A stretch of DNA of 64,000 nucleotides from Candidatus Micrarchaeota archaeon (GTDB lineage: Archaea > Micrarchaeota > Micrarchaeia > Anstonellales > Bilamarchaeaceae): contig JBBSVO010000002.1 of assembly GCA_038046805.1 (NCBI GenBank), positions 16,684-80,683 on the forward strand. Direction: 5' to 3'. The notes under the pieces are model-generated. The model saw only the letters and a list, made by a program, of their open reading frames with translations, searched no databases and was not told where the DNA came from. The position numbers were made by a program, and so were the translations under genes. Positions 46,870 through 56,787 of this stretch are shown here, piece after piece. Each line of letters opens with the position of its first letter. The first letter of the stretch is position 1.

Positions 46870-48102
46870 TCAGCAAATCTCATTGTCCTCGTAAACCGTT
46901 CTTCCCCCGAATACAGTTTTCACTGCTTTTCCGCGAAGTTTTTTCCCTTCGAATGGGCTCCATTTGCATTTTGTTTCTAATTCTTCTCCATTTACTGTCC
47001 ATTCTTTTTTCAAATCAACAAATGTCAGGTTGGCGCTGAAACCAACTGCGATTCTCCCCAGGTTCGTTAATCCGAATATTTCCGCTGGATTTTCAGTCAT
47101 TCTGCTTATTATCCAGTCTAATTCCAGCATCCGTTTGTTATAAGCATCGAGCATGAGTGCAAGGCTTGTTTCCAAACCCGGAAATCCCCGTGCTCCATCT
47201 CCTTTGTCTTCCAACGTATGTGGCGCATGGTCTGTTGCAATACAATCTATATTATTTAATTTTTTCCAAAGCGCTTTTCGGGTTTCCTCCGAACGTAGTG
47301 GTGGATTTACAGTTCCAAGTTGTTTTAGTTTATCTGCGTCTTTTTGCGAAAGAAACAAATAATGCGGTGCAGTTTCAACAGACACATCTGCGCGGAGTTT
47401 CTGCCCGCCTGCCTTTTCTTTTGCAATTTCTATTTCCTGTGAGGTGCTCGCATGCGCTATGTGCAGCTTTCGTTTTGTTTTTTCCGCAAGTGTGACCGCT
47501 CGTTTGACTGCAATCTCAGCGGCTTCCTCAGTTCTCTTTCCGCTATGTGCTTCCATGTATTTTTGGTCTTCAGCATGGACAGTAATAGGTTTCTTCCTGT
47601 CAAAATTTGAAAAATGGCGTTCCATTATTTCATCTTCGGTGACCAAAAGGTCGCCGGTTGTTTTTCCCATGTAAACCTTTACCGCGATCGGATTTGCTTT
47701 TTTTATTTCAGCAAAATTGTCATTCGTTGCACCCATATAAAATCGCACGTCACACAGCGCTTTCTTTTGTGCGAGTTCTTCCTTTTCCCTGAGCCTGCGT
47801 AAGGTGGTGGTCGGCACTTTGTTGTTAGGCATATCAATTACGGTCGTTATTCCGCCCGCGAGCGCGGCCTTTGTTCCGGTTACAAAATCCTCTTTGTATT
47901 CCGATCCCGGTTCTCGTAGGTGAACATGAACATCTATTAATCCAGGAATCACCATAAGTCCGCCTGCATTAATTTTTTCTTCCCCACCCGCCTCGTTTTC
48001 AGGTATTCTGCCAGCTATGCGTGCAATCTTTCCATCTAAAATAAGAATCTCCTTTTCCGAAATCTTTCCATCTATATATGTGCGGCAATTTGTAATAAGC
48101 AT
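46870..48102 (-). CDS. pyrC: Dihydroorotase
   Basis: DVHVHLREPG, GGIT...DMPN, HAED, VNPPLR, TDHAPH, KCKWSPFEG. Confidence 0.93.
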   Translation of the reverse strand: MLITNCRTYIDGKISEKEILILDGKIARIAGRIPENEAGGEEKINAGGLMVIPGLIDVHVHLREPGSEYKEDFVTGTKAALAGGITTVIDMPNNKVPTTTLRRLREKEELAQKKALCDVRFYMGATNDNFAEIKKANPIAVKVYMGKTTGDLLVTEDEIMERHFSNFDRKKPITVHAEDQKYMEAHSGKRTEEAAEIAVKRAVTLAEKTKRKLHIAHASTSQEIEIAKEKAGGQKLRADVSVETAPHYLFLSQKDADKLKQLGTVNPPLRSEETRKALWKKLNNIDCIATDHAPHTLEDKGDGARGFPGLETSLALMLDAYNKRMLELDWIISRMTENPAEIFGLTNLGRIAVGFSANLTFVDLKKEWTVNGEELETKCKWSPFEGKKLRGKAVKTVFGGRTVYEDNEIC

Positions 48103-48148
48103 GAAAATAGAACGAAGGCTTGTTTTATAAGAATTGCGAAATTGCGAA

Positions 48149-49861
48149 CTAGAATGGTATTGGTATAATCAACGCCACTTCCCGCACTCCCTTTACCATT
48201 GCCTTATTCCACCATTGGATTCTCTTTTCTATTTGCTTTAACAAGTCTCTGAATGCTTCTTTTTCTCCAGGGCCCATCTTACTGTCAGTTATTTTCTTGT
48301 GTTCTTTTCCATCAATGACAGTTAATTCCTCTTGTTTTCCTATCTGCTTTTTCGCCTGTTCATACCATGGCGGAAGTGATGATCTTCGTTTTTTTATTGC
48401 GTTGATGAAATCTGTAGTGGTTATATCTCTTTGATGGACCTGCTTTTTCGCAGTTTCTTCTGCTTCTTCCTTGCTCATCCCTTGTTTCATGAGTTCCTCA
48501 GTTCTTTTCTGTATTCCAAAAAATGCCTCTTTCCACGGGAAAGCTGATGCTTCTTCCACGATTGTTTTAAGGTCTGACGAGGAATATCCAAATGTTGCCA
48601 GTGCAAGCCGGGTATACGGAATTCCCTTGGCAACAGGTCTTTTCTTTGCATGGAGCTTCAATATCGCGATTCTGGAGTTGAAATCCGGTTCAGGGATATA
48701 AATTGTCCTTCCGAAACGTCCGCTTCTTCTCAATGCCGGGTCAACATCCCATGGCGCATTTGTTGCTGCAATAACCAACACGTTTTCGTTGTTTGCTTCA
48801 ACACCATCTATTTCATACAGCATCTGGTTTACAGCCATTTTCATGTATTGTGCCCCTTCCTGCTGGTCTCTTCTGCCACCAATCGCATCTACTTCATCAA
48901 AAAACAATATACATGGGGGATTCTTTCTTGCAAGTTCAAAAACCTTGTGAATATTCTTTTCTGTGTTACCTACGTACATGTCAAGCAAATCAGACAATTT
49001 TGCGTTTATGAAGCCTGCTTTGCATTCTCCTGCCGCTGCCTTGAGAATGTATGTTTTACCGCATCCCGGAGGTCCATACATCAGTACTCCGCCACCGCCA
49101 AGTTTTCCATACTTTCTGGCTAGTTCAGGATTTATCATTGGATAAACAATCGCCTCGCGGATTTCCTCCTTCATTTTATCCATTCCCGCGACTTCTAAGA
49201 ACGTCATATTTGGTTTCTGGAGCATTTTTATGTCCCCAGTTCCTCCAGCTTTTCCATCTCCTCCAGTTCCCTGGTCTTTCTTTGTTTTTGCACTATCAAG
49301 ATGTGTTTTAGCTTCTGTCAATTCTGGATTCAATTGTAATGCTTTTTCATAGTCTGTTATAGCTGTTTCAACTTGTCCAGCGTATTCATATGCAAGGCCG
49401 CGCAAATGATATGCCTCTGCAAATTCTGGATTAAGGGTGACAACCTTTGTGAAATCCTCAATCGCTTTTTCATAATCCTCAATAGAAGCATAAGAAAGTC
49501 CGCGATTGTAAAATGCCTTTAAATAATCTGGATTGAGCTGGATTGCCTTATCATAATCTTTTACTGCATTTTGGAAGTCTTGCTTTCTGTAATATGCATC
49601 TCCACGGTTATTGTAAATAATAGGATTGTTTGGGTCAAGCTCTGCTGATTTGGTATAATCTGCTGTCGCCTTCTCAAAATTCTTAAGTTGGTAATATGAA
49701 AGCGCTCTGTTGAAGTATGCTTCTGAGAATATGGGCGTTAATAATATTGCCATGTTATAGTTTTCAATTGCCTTTTCGTAGTCTCCTTTCTCGTAATAAT
49801 CGTTTCCGAGCTGGTAGTATGTCTTTGCGTCTACTGGGTTTGGTTTTCTATAGTCTACCAT
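48149..49861 (-). CDS. TPR-repeat AAA+ ATPase
   Basis: About 5 TPRs (AYFNRA, IYNNRG, AFYNRG, AYHLRG) followed by GPPGCGKT, FDEVD, ATNAPW.VD.ALRRSGRF. Confidence 0.9.
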   Translation of the reverse strand: MVDYRKPNPVDAKTYYQLGNDYYEKGDYEKAIENYNMAILLTPIFSEAYFNRALSYYQLKNFEKATADYTKSAELDPNNPIIYNNRGDAYYRKQDFQNAVKDYDKAIQLNPDYLKAFYNRGLSYASIEDYEKAIEDFTKVVTLNPEFAEAYHLRGLAYEYAGQVETAITDYEKALQLNPELTEAKTHLDSAKTKKDQGTGGDGKAGGTGDIKMLQKPNMTFLEVAGMDKMKEEIREAIVYPMINPELARKYGKLGGGGVLMYGPPGCGKTYILKAAAGECKAGFINAKLSDLLDMYVGNTEKNIHKVFELARKNPPCILFFDEVDAIGGRRDQQEGAQYMKMAVNQMLYEIDGVEANNENVLVIAATNAPWDVDPALRRSGRFGRTIYIPEPDFNSRIAILKLHAKKRPVAKGIPYTRLALATFGYSSSDLKTIVEEASAFPWKEAFFGIQKRTEELMKQGMSKEEAEETAKKQVHQRDITTTDFINAIKKRRSSLPPWYEQAKKQIGKQEELTVIDGKEHKKITDSKMGPGEKEAFRDLLKQIEKRIQWWNKAMVKGVREVALIIPIPF

Positions 49862-49928
49862 ATGCTCACTGATTCGCCATTATCTTCTGCACTCTATTTT
49901 GTACATTGTCCTGTGCCTTATTTTCCAT

Positions 49929-50321
49929 TCACCTTTTTAAAATATACAGCTTGATAAGGGTTCCGAAGGTTTTTATAAGAGCCGTGGCGGAAAACACCAG
50001 AGTTATCGCAAGAGTCGCCTTATCCTTTGACATAGTATAAAGAATAAATAATAAAATTGGCAGTGCAAATGCCATTCCAATCCCGGTAATCGCGTTTTCT
50101 GTGAAATTTTGGATTGTTTTTTCATCTTCTCGCGTTATCGTATACACATATCCAATTTCTGCCAGCACTACAAGCGCTATCCCTACCACTAAGACGTATG
50201 TTTCATTTCCGTAAAATAGCCATATGAAAATCAGGATGCTTCCTATTCCTCCGAGTATACCTAAGATAAGCTTGACAAGACCAAGTCCTATTGTTCCTGG
50301 CATGCCTTTTAGATTTGCCAT
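49929..50321 (-). CDS. Four-TM membrane protein
   Basis: Hydrophobic 130-aa ORF co-oriented between eno and the TPR-AAA gene. Confidence 0.7.
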   Translation of the reverse strand: MANLKGMPGTIGLGLVKLILGILGGIGSILIFIWLFYGNETYVLVVGIALVVLAEIGYVYTITREDEKTIQNFTENAITGIGMAFALPILLFILYTMSKDKATLAITLVFSATALIKTFGTLIKLYILKR

Positions 50322-50322
50322 C

Positions 50323-51591
50323 TTATTCCAGACTCCTTGCTATTCTTAAAAGTTGATTGTATTTTGAAGTTCTTTCTCCGCGCGCCGGAGCGCCTGTTTT
50401 TATTTGTCCAGCTTGGATTCCAACCGCAAAATCTGCGATAAAAGTATCCTCCGTTTCTCCGGATCTATGGCTTACAACCACTCCGAGTCCGAATTTTTTG
50501 CATATTTTTACAGCTTCCATTGCTTCGGTTACTGTCCCGATCTGATTCACTTTCAATAAAAGGGCGGTCATCGCTTTCTTTTCTATTGCCTTTTTGATGC
50601 GTTGCGGATTTGTTACTACTAAATCGTCTCCGACAATCTGAATGCGGCTTCCAAGCTTTTTTACAATTTCTGAGAACGAATCGAAATCCTCCTCGTAAAA
50701 CGGGTCTTCAATGCTTGTGATAGGGTATTTTCCGGAGAGTGCGAAATAAAAATCCAAAAGTGCGCCTTCATCTATTGCGGGTTTTGACCTGTCCACAATG
50801 TATAATCCGATTTTTTCCCCACCAGCGGTTATTTTTTCCTTGTAAAATGAGCTTGCCGCGGCATCAATTGCAATCTTTACGTTTTTAGAATATCCGCACG
50901 CATCTATTGCGGACATTATCGCGTCAAGGGCTTCTTCGGCGTTGGCTACGGGCGGAGCAAATCCACCTTCGTCTCCGACATTCCGCGCATTTGGCCCGTA
51001 TTTTTTCTCCAGAATACTTCCAAGCGCGTGGTAAATCTCGCATGCTATCCTCAGTGTTTCTGAAAAGGTTTTAGCCTCTGGCATTATCATGAATTCCTGC
51101 AATGCGAGGTTCCCGCCAGCATGCTTTCCTCCATTTAAAATGTTGAACATAGGCTTGGGAAGAGCAGTCTTGCGCGCGTTTCGTGTTCCGCCTAGATATG
51201 CAAAGAGCGGCTTACCTTCGGATGCCGCAGCGCATTTTAATACTGCCATCGAAGTTGCGACAATCGCATTTGCACCCATTTTTGTTTTATTCGGAGTTCC
51301 GTCTAGCGCAAGCATCGCTTCGTCAATTTTCTCCTGTTCGGAAACATCAATTTTCATTCCAATAAGTTTTTTTGTTATCGGACCATTTACGTTTGCAACT
51401 GCCTTGAGAACGCCTTTACCGCAGTATCGTGCCCCACCGTCGCGCAGCTCAGTCGCTTCAAATTTTCCAGTAGATGCCCCGCTCGGAGCGGCTGCTCGTC
51501 CAAACGAATTGCCAGCACGCACTTCAACCTCGACCGTTGGATTTCCCCGCGAGTCAATAATTTCAATTGCAGAAACAGAAGTTATTTTCAT
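50323..51591 (-). CDS. eno: Enolase
   Basis: DSRGNPTVE, PSGASTG, GDEGG, IEDPF, GDDL, LLKVNQIG, SHRSGET. Confidence 0.97.
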   Translation of the reverse strand: MKITSVSAIEIIDSRGNPTVEVEVRAGNSFGRAAAPSGASTGKFEATELRDGGARYCGKGVLKAVANVNGPITKKLIGMKIDVSEQEKIDEAMLALDGTPNKTKMGANAIVATSMAVLKCAAASEGKPLFAYLGGTRNARKTALPKPMFNILNGGKHAGGNLALQEFMIMPEAKTFSETLRIACEIYHALGSILEKKYGPNARNVGDEGGFAPPVANAEEALDAIMSAIDACGYSKNVKIAIDAAASSFYKEKITAGGEKIGLYIVDRSKPAIDEGALLDFYFALSGKYPITSIEDPFYEEDFDSFSEIVKKLGSRIQIVGDDLVVTNPQRIKKAIEKKAMTALLLKVNQIGTVTEAMEAVKICKKFGLGVVVSHRSGETEDTFIADFAVGIQAGQIKTGAPARGERTSKYNQLLRIARSLE

Positions 51592-51653
51592 GAGAACACC
51601 CAAGAGATAATAGAAGTTAGGATTAAAAAGAATACGCTACAACGTTTTTCGTC

Positions 51654-52031
51654 ATGTCATCATCTAATGAATTCTCTCAAGGAGTAGAAGGATATAAAAC
51701 GCGCCTTCTGAAACAAGGAGTTTGGCATGGTGCTTCTGGGTGGTCAAGAGAAATCGCACGGAAATCGTTTCCACCACTTCACGAAACAATCTCTGACACT
51801 GGGAAAGAGCCTCGTCCAAGGGGGTTCAGAAAATTTCAACATGGTCATCACAGGCCTCACACGGTTCAACCGTCCCTTCGCCCAAATGGCCAAACTTATG
51901 TAATAACCGAACGCGAAATTCATTTGCCGTGTTTTGCAGGGTCCATACCCGGAACCGGTGGTGCATTCGGAACGAAAATTGCGTTTGTTAAGACAACTGC
52001 GCCAAGAGATAAAAGGAGAATAAGATTATAG
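51654..52031 (+). CDS. Hypothetical protein
   Basis: 125-aa ORF divergent from eno; no motif. Confidence 0.45.
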   Translation: MSSSNEFSQGVEGYKTRLLKQGVWHGASGWSREIARKSFPPLHETISDTGKEPRPRGFRKFQHGHHRPHTVQPSLRPNGQTYVITEREIHLPCFAGSIPGTGGAFGTKIAFVKTTAPRDKRRIRL

Positions 52032-52088
52032 GGCAATACGAATCAGGTACTGCCCTATTTTTGATACATCTGCATTTTCCAGCAGCAA

Positions 52089-52124
52089 TTATTTCTTCTT
52101 TGACTTCTTGGATTTCTTTGCCAT
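52089..52124 (-). CDS. Tiny basic peptide MAKKSKKSKKK
   Basis: ATG GCA AAG AAA TCC AAG AAG TCA AAG AAG AAA TAA, preceded by GGGGGTGA SD and an AATATAAAT TATA-like box. Confidence 0.5.
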   Translation of the reverse strand: MAKKSKKSKKK

Positions 52125-52229
52125 AAAAATTTCACCCCCGTTTTTCATTATGGAAATTTATATTATCGAACTGCTCGCCGTTCAATGCAATGTAATTTCA
52201 CCTCGTTATTTTTGTTTTTCCTTATTTTT

Positions 52230-52389
52230 CGTATGTCAAAATGCTCGCGCCCACCATCCGTCAAAGACGGGTGGCATGCTTCGGGTGCTCGCTATAGTTA
52301 TGAGCATTTTGACAGATGGGGAATTCCACCACCAGGTTTTCTGATGTGACCCCCTGTCAAATAGACTGGTGGAATTCCACGGATTTAAA
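52230..52389 (-). mobile_element. Palindromic non-coding element, family B copy 2
   Basis: Reverse complement begins tttaaatcc, has ggaattccac/gtggaattcc, ctgtcaaaa...ttttgacatacg like 17933-18062. Confidence 0.6.
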
Positions 52390-52455
52390 TATTGCGTGCT
52401 TGCTGCTACAAAAACAAATTAAACTGTTTCAATCAGAACAGATTGGGTGCAACTA

Positions 52456-52647
52456 ATGTATCTTTTGCTCAATAATGAGAAGAAACGGAAAATAAAGTTT
52501 AGTGGCAACGTCACCGCGCTGTTGCGGAAACTCGCTCTACGACGAGAGGAAGTGGTTATAAAAGTGAATGGAAAAATTGTTCCTGACGATTCAACAATTT
52601 CGAATAAAGACACTGTTAAAATAATCAAAGTAATTTTCGGTGGTTGA
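52456..52647 (+). CDS. ThiS/MoaD-like sulfur carrier (SAMP)
   Basis: Small beta-grasp, VNGKIV, C-terminal IFGG; upstream of a TtuA homolog. Confidence 0.88.
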   Translation: MYLLLNNEKKRKIKFSGNVTALLRKLALRREEVVIKVNGKIVPDDSTISNKDTVKIIKVIFGG

Positions 52648-52648
52648 A

Positions 52649-53578
52649 ATGAAAAAATCCAAAAATGTGCGGGTTTGTTCGAAATGCAATGCTCCTGCGG
52701 CAGTGTTCCTTGCATATGCACCAACACATCTTTGCGAACACCATTTCATCGAAATGTTTGAAAAGCGGTTCAGAAAAACCATTCGCGAGCTTGGCCTGAT
52801 AAAGAAAAACTCCACGGTTGCCATCGCGCTTTCAGGTGGAAAAGATAGCACGGTTCTTCTTCATCTGCTTGTGGACTTGCGGAAATCGTTACCATTCAAA
52901 CTCGTTGCGATCACTATTGATGAAGGCATTTCTGGCTATCGTTCAAAAACTCTTGTTGTCGCAAAGCGGGAATGCAAAAAACTCAAAGTGAAGCTTAAGG
53001 TCGTTTCGTTTAGGGGTGCTTCTGGCAAGACGCTGGACACAATACTTCGTGCGGATAAATCACTGCTTCCGTGCAGCGTGTGCGGGGTATTTCGTCGCCA
53101 CCTTCTCAATCGAGCTGCGAAATCCGTTCGCGCGAATTTGCTTGCAATCGGTCATAACCTGGACGATATGTCGCAGACCGTCCTCATGAATTTAATGAGA
53201 AACGAGCCGCTCCGTCTAGTGAGATTCGGAGAGCCGCTTGTTGACGATGAAAAATTTGTTCCGAGAATCCGCCCGTTAATGCGCGCACCAGAAAAGGAAG
53301 TCGCGATTTACGCAATGCTCAAAGGAATGAAGATTACATTCACGGAATGTCCCTATGCTCACAGCGCGTTAAGGCAGGAGGTTCGGCAGCATCTTAACGA
53401 GCTTGAGGAGCGCTATCCCGGGACAAAAATAAGAATTTTCAATTCGTTCATTCAGATGGAGAAATGGATGAGAAACGGTATCGGTGAGAGAAATTTCAAG
53501 ATCACTCATTGCAAAACCTGTGGCGAACCGAGTGCGAGGGAAGCGTGTGCTTATTGTGGGATGATATCTAGGCTCTGA
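52649..53578 (+). CDS. tRNA 2-thiolation enzyme TtuA/NcsA
   Basis: N-terminal zinc finger, SGGKDS PP-loop, CSVCGVFRR, GHNLDD, CPY, C-terminal zinc finger. Confidence 0.93.
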   Translation: MKKSKNVRVCSKCNAPAAVFLAYAPTHLCEHHFIEMFEKRFRKTIRELGLIKKNSTVAIALSGGKDSTVLLHLLVDLRKSLPFKLVAITIDEGISGYRSKTLVVAKRECKKLKVKLKVVSFRGASGKTLDTILRADKSLLPCSVCGVFRRHLLNRAAKSVRANLLAIGHNLDDMSQTVLMNLMRNEPLRLVRFGEPLVDDEKFVPRIRPLMRAPEKEVAIYAMLKGMKITFTECPYAHSALRQEVRQHLNELEERYPGTKIRIFNSFIQMEKWMRNGIGERNFKITHCKTCGEPSAREACAYCGMISRL

Positions 53579-55157
53579 GGTTTAATATTCCGTAATCAAG
53601 CCCGCCATTTCTCTCTATTTCATCTGCAACTTCTGCAAGCAATTTCTTTTTTACATCGATATACTTGTCCTTGGCGAGTTCAGTATTTCCAATCATATTT
53701 CTTTTACTCTTTTGATTAAAGCAAAACATTGATTCATGTACGTTCTCGCAGTTATGGCAGAAATAGCAGTCAGAACATTCACCTGAGGAATCTACTTCAA
53801 AACACCTGTTTAATGAGGCAGATAAGTAGCAATTAATCAGAAATGAGGATTTTCGAACTGAATTACAACCAAAAATGTGTTCTGCCTGCAAAACATAATG
53901 GTTAAACGCCCCATTTTTGGATTGTATAATCGTTATACTATCGAGAAAGTTGGTCGCATCAATCATAATCGCACTTTTTATATTATTTGCAGATTTACCG
54001 GAGTTCTCCACATACGTGAAAAAACCTATTTTTGATATATACTCCCCTGCATTAGATAATTTCAAGGATTCTACTTCTGCAGGTTCAAGGTGCAGAGAAG
54101 AACCAACAAATACTGCTTCTTCTTGACTAACTATCCTATCTACAGGGTAAGAAAAAATATGCCCGTGGTCTGGTATAATAACAGTGTCTCCAGACAATGC
54201 TGATTTAACGTTTCGGGTAGTTCGCGTATTCTCCTTTAACCATGGTTCATATTTTTCTATATCTGGCAGTTGTCTCCCCAAAACCACTCCGGTTGTTTCT
54301 TTAAATGCCTTTTCAACAATCCGTTGATCTTTTGGCTCTTTGTTATTAGGCACGTATTTCTTCCGCACATCATCGAGTAAACCCTTATCTACATTTCTAT
54401 CTCGAAATAAACTAAACAAGTCTGGAAGTTGCTTATCTTTTTTCAATAATTCTGCAATTTCGGAAACGATTTTTTTCTTCAGGTCAGCATATTTTTGCGG
54501 GGTCAGCTGTAAATTTCCTATCCTGTAATTGGCATTCCTCAGGTTAAATGAAAAAATGCAGTTGCTGCAGCCAAAAAGTCCATTAGAATAAAGGGAATCT
54601 GAACAGGTAACTATATTAGAAACTTCAAAACATCGCGTTGCATACGTAGCTGCGCTTACAGACACGCAATATTTACAATACCCAAAGTTTACTGAGCCGA
54701 ATACGGAATCAGAATATTCGAAGTTATAACAATAGCCAATATGCTTGGAGTAGCTAACCTGAGCAGAGTCGTAACAATAATGACTTTCTATTACATCAGT
54801 GCTTTTTTCCACGTATGTTGAATTTCCAAGAACCACGTTTCCGCAGTAATAAATGCGTTCCTGGATTGCTTCAAGGATAGAGTCAATATCTTTAATTTCG
54901 TTTATGTTAAGAGCTTCAAACTTCTTGTTAAAATCTACCTCATCTAACGAAATAGCATTTGCGTTCTCTGGTTTATGTGGCAATACAAAAGAAACGTCTT
55001 TGCCAGAAACTGCCGATTTGACAGATACTACTGGTGGCATTTTGCCAGAAAACCATTCTTCAAAGTCGTTCAGTTCTCCGATTTCCTCCCCAAGAATAAC
55101 TTTAGAAGTCGTTTTCCAATGCCTATTAAGTTCATTATAAATTAGTTTATCTTGCAT
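53568..55157 (-). CDS. Cys-rich repeat protein, two tandem modules
   Basis: WKTTSKVILGEEIG.L..FEEW, INEIKDIDSI, CHNCENVHESMFCFNQKS.R..IGN. Confidence 0.85.
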   Translation of the reverse strand: MQDKLIYNELNRHWKTTSKVILGEEIGELNDFEEWFSGKMPPVVSVKSAVSGKDVSFVLPHKPENANAISLDEVDFNKKFEALNINEIKDIDSILEAIQERIYYCGNVVLGNSTYVEKSTDVIESHYCYDSAQVSYSKHIGYCYNFEYSDSVFGSVNFGYCKYCVSVSAATYATRCFEVSNIVTCSDSLYSNGLFGCSNCIFSFNLRNANYRIGNLQLTPQKYADLKKKIVSEIAELLKKDKQLPDLFSLFRDRNVDKGLLDDVRKKYVPNNKEPKDQRIVEKAFKETTGVVLGRQLPDIEKYEPWLKENTRTTRNVKSALSGDTVIIPDHGHIFSYPVDRIVSQEEAVFVGSSLHLEPAEVESLKLSNAGEYISKIGFFTYVENSGKSANNIKSAIMIDATNFLDSITIIQSKNGAFNHYVLQAEHIFGCNSVRKSSFLINCYLSASLNRCFEVDSSGECSDCYFCHNCENVHESMFCFNQKSKRNMIGNTELAKDKYIDVKKKLLAEVADEIERNGGLDYGILNLRA

Positions 55158-55207
55158 GATTAAATTGCGTATGAAAAGGTTAAAAGAATATGCAACGTGA
55201 TAGACGC

Positions 55208-56005
55208 ATGTCGGATAATGAAAAACGTACTGAAATCATTTTTCTCGGAACAGGCGGTGGACGCGTTAATCTGCTTAAGCAATGGCGGGCTACCGGAGGT
55301 TTTCGGATAAATTCCAAATCCGCGAATATTCACGTAGATCCCGGACCAGGCGCGCTTCTTCACGGCCTAAAGCATGGGCAGAATCCATCCTCGCTTGACG
55401 CGGTAATCGTTACTCATTTTCACATAGACCATTGCCTTGACGCGCCTCTTTTGCTTGAGGCAATGAGCGGGTATGCTTTGAAAAAACGAGGGATACTAAT
55501 TGGAAGCAAATACGCGATAGATGGGGATGAATCAGGGGATCGTTCCATTAGCAAATATCATGTTGATCGCGCAGAAAACGTATATCGTGCGGTATTTGGA
55601 GAAAAAAAGCGGTTCAAAACAAAAATCGGAGAATTCGAAATCGAGATAATCCGCACGAAACACGATGAGCCGACAGCATTCGGTTTCAAACTTTTCATTG
55701 ACGGAAAGGTTATCGGTTACACCGGAGACACGGAATATTCAGATTCGCTTGCAAAGAAGTTCGAGGGCTGCAACCTTCTTATCGCGAACTGCCTGAAGCC
55801 GTCCCCGGACGGAATCCCAGATCACATGAAAACAAGCGACATAATTCATTTGCTCAAAATAGCCAAACCCTCATCGCTCGCAGTCCTAACGCACATGGGA
55901 TTGAAATTCCTGAAAGTGGGTCCTGAAAAAGAAGCTGAAAAAATAGAAAAGGCGAGCGGAATAAAATGCGTTGCCGCGAGGGATGGGCAGAGGTTCGAAG
56001 TATGA
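55208..56005 (+). CDS. MBL-fold metallo-hydrolase
   Basis: FLGTGGG, DPGPG, THFHIDH, YTGDT, THMG. Confidence 0.9.
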   Translation: MSDNEKRTEIIFLGTGGGRVNLLKQWRATGGFRINSKSANIHVDPGPGALLHGLKHGQNPSSLDAVIVTHFHIDHCLDAPLLLEAMSGYALKKRGILIGSKYAIDGDESGDRSISKYHVDRAENVYRAVFGEKKRFKTKIGEFEIEIIRTKHDEPTAFGFKLFIDGKVIGYTGDTEYSDSLAKKFEGCNLLIANCLKPSPDGIPDHMKTSDIIHLLKIAKPSSLAVLTHMGLKFLKVGPEKEAEKIEKASGIKCVAARDGQRFEV

Positions 56006-56412
56006 CGCAATACAAAAAAGTTGCACAGGAAGATGCAATGGGTTGCGGGCTCGCATGCGTTGCATCGGTTTGCGGTTTGAGTTACGCTCGCACAAAGGGA
56101 ACACTGTTCCGTAACATTGGAGACATAAGACGCGGATTTTATTGTAGAGAGTTAGTTAGGGCATTGGCAAGAGCAGGAAAGGCATATCGTTTTCACCACG
56201 TCAAAAAATCTGCCCGCAAGAAATTTGCCATCGGATCAATCGTTTTTATCTGCAGGTCAAAAAATTATCCCGCAGGCCATTATCTGTTAAAGACTGCTAA
56301 GGGCTGGATGGATCCATGGGTTAATTTCCCGAAAATGACGAAAGTTCGCTCTGCTTTTAGAAAAAAACTTCCGGGAGAGGCGCAGTGGGTTATTTTTCCA
56401 TTGAATGTTTGA
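56002..56412 (+). CDS. Peptidase C39-like protein
   Basis: QEDAMGCGLAC (Gln/Cys), GHY, WMDPW. Confidence 0.7.
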   Translation: MTQYKKVAQEDAMGCGLACVASVCGLSYARTKGTLFRNIGDIRRGFYCRELVRALARAGKAYRFHHVKKSARKKFAIGSIVFICRSKNYPAGHYLLKTAKGWMDPWVNFPKMTKVRSAFRKKLPGEAQWVIFPLNV

Positions 56413-56430
56413 AATATGAGGTAGATAAAC

Positions 56431-56787
56431 ATGAAAAATTTAGCGCCACATATCCCAAGACAAAGGATGCTTATAGAAGGTTTCTTTACCCGAAAGATAG
56501 GACAAAAGGACATTCGAGATTTCTTTAAGAGGATTACACAGGAGCTTGGTTTACGAACCTATGGAAAACCTACAATTCATGCAACTGGGAATAAAGGAAA
56601 AGTGATTAATCAGGGATTTGATGCGTTCATTCCGCTTATAGATTCTGGCATAGCTTTGTATGTGTGGGGGAATGCGAATTTTTTTTCAACAGTCATCTAT
56701 ACCTGTAAGAAATTTGAAGTTAAGAAAGCAATAAAATTTACTAAGGGGTTTTTCAGAGCAGAGAGCGTTGTCTATAAAACATTTTAG
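56431..56787 (+). CDS. S-adenosylmethionine decarboxylase-like protein
   Basis: G...FIPLIDSGI.LYVW, IYTCK.F pattern of the SpeD/SpeH fold. Confidence 0.65.
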   Translation: MKNLAPHIPRQRMLIEGFFTRKIGQKDIRDFFKRITQELGLRTYGKPTIHATGNKGKVINQGFDAFIPLIDSGIALYVWGNANFFSTVIYTCKKFEVKKAIKFTKGFFRAESVVYKTF

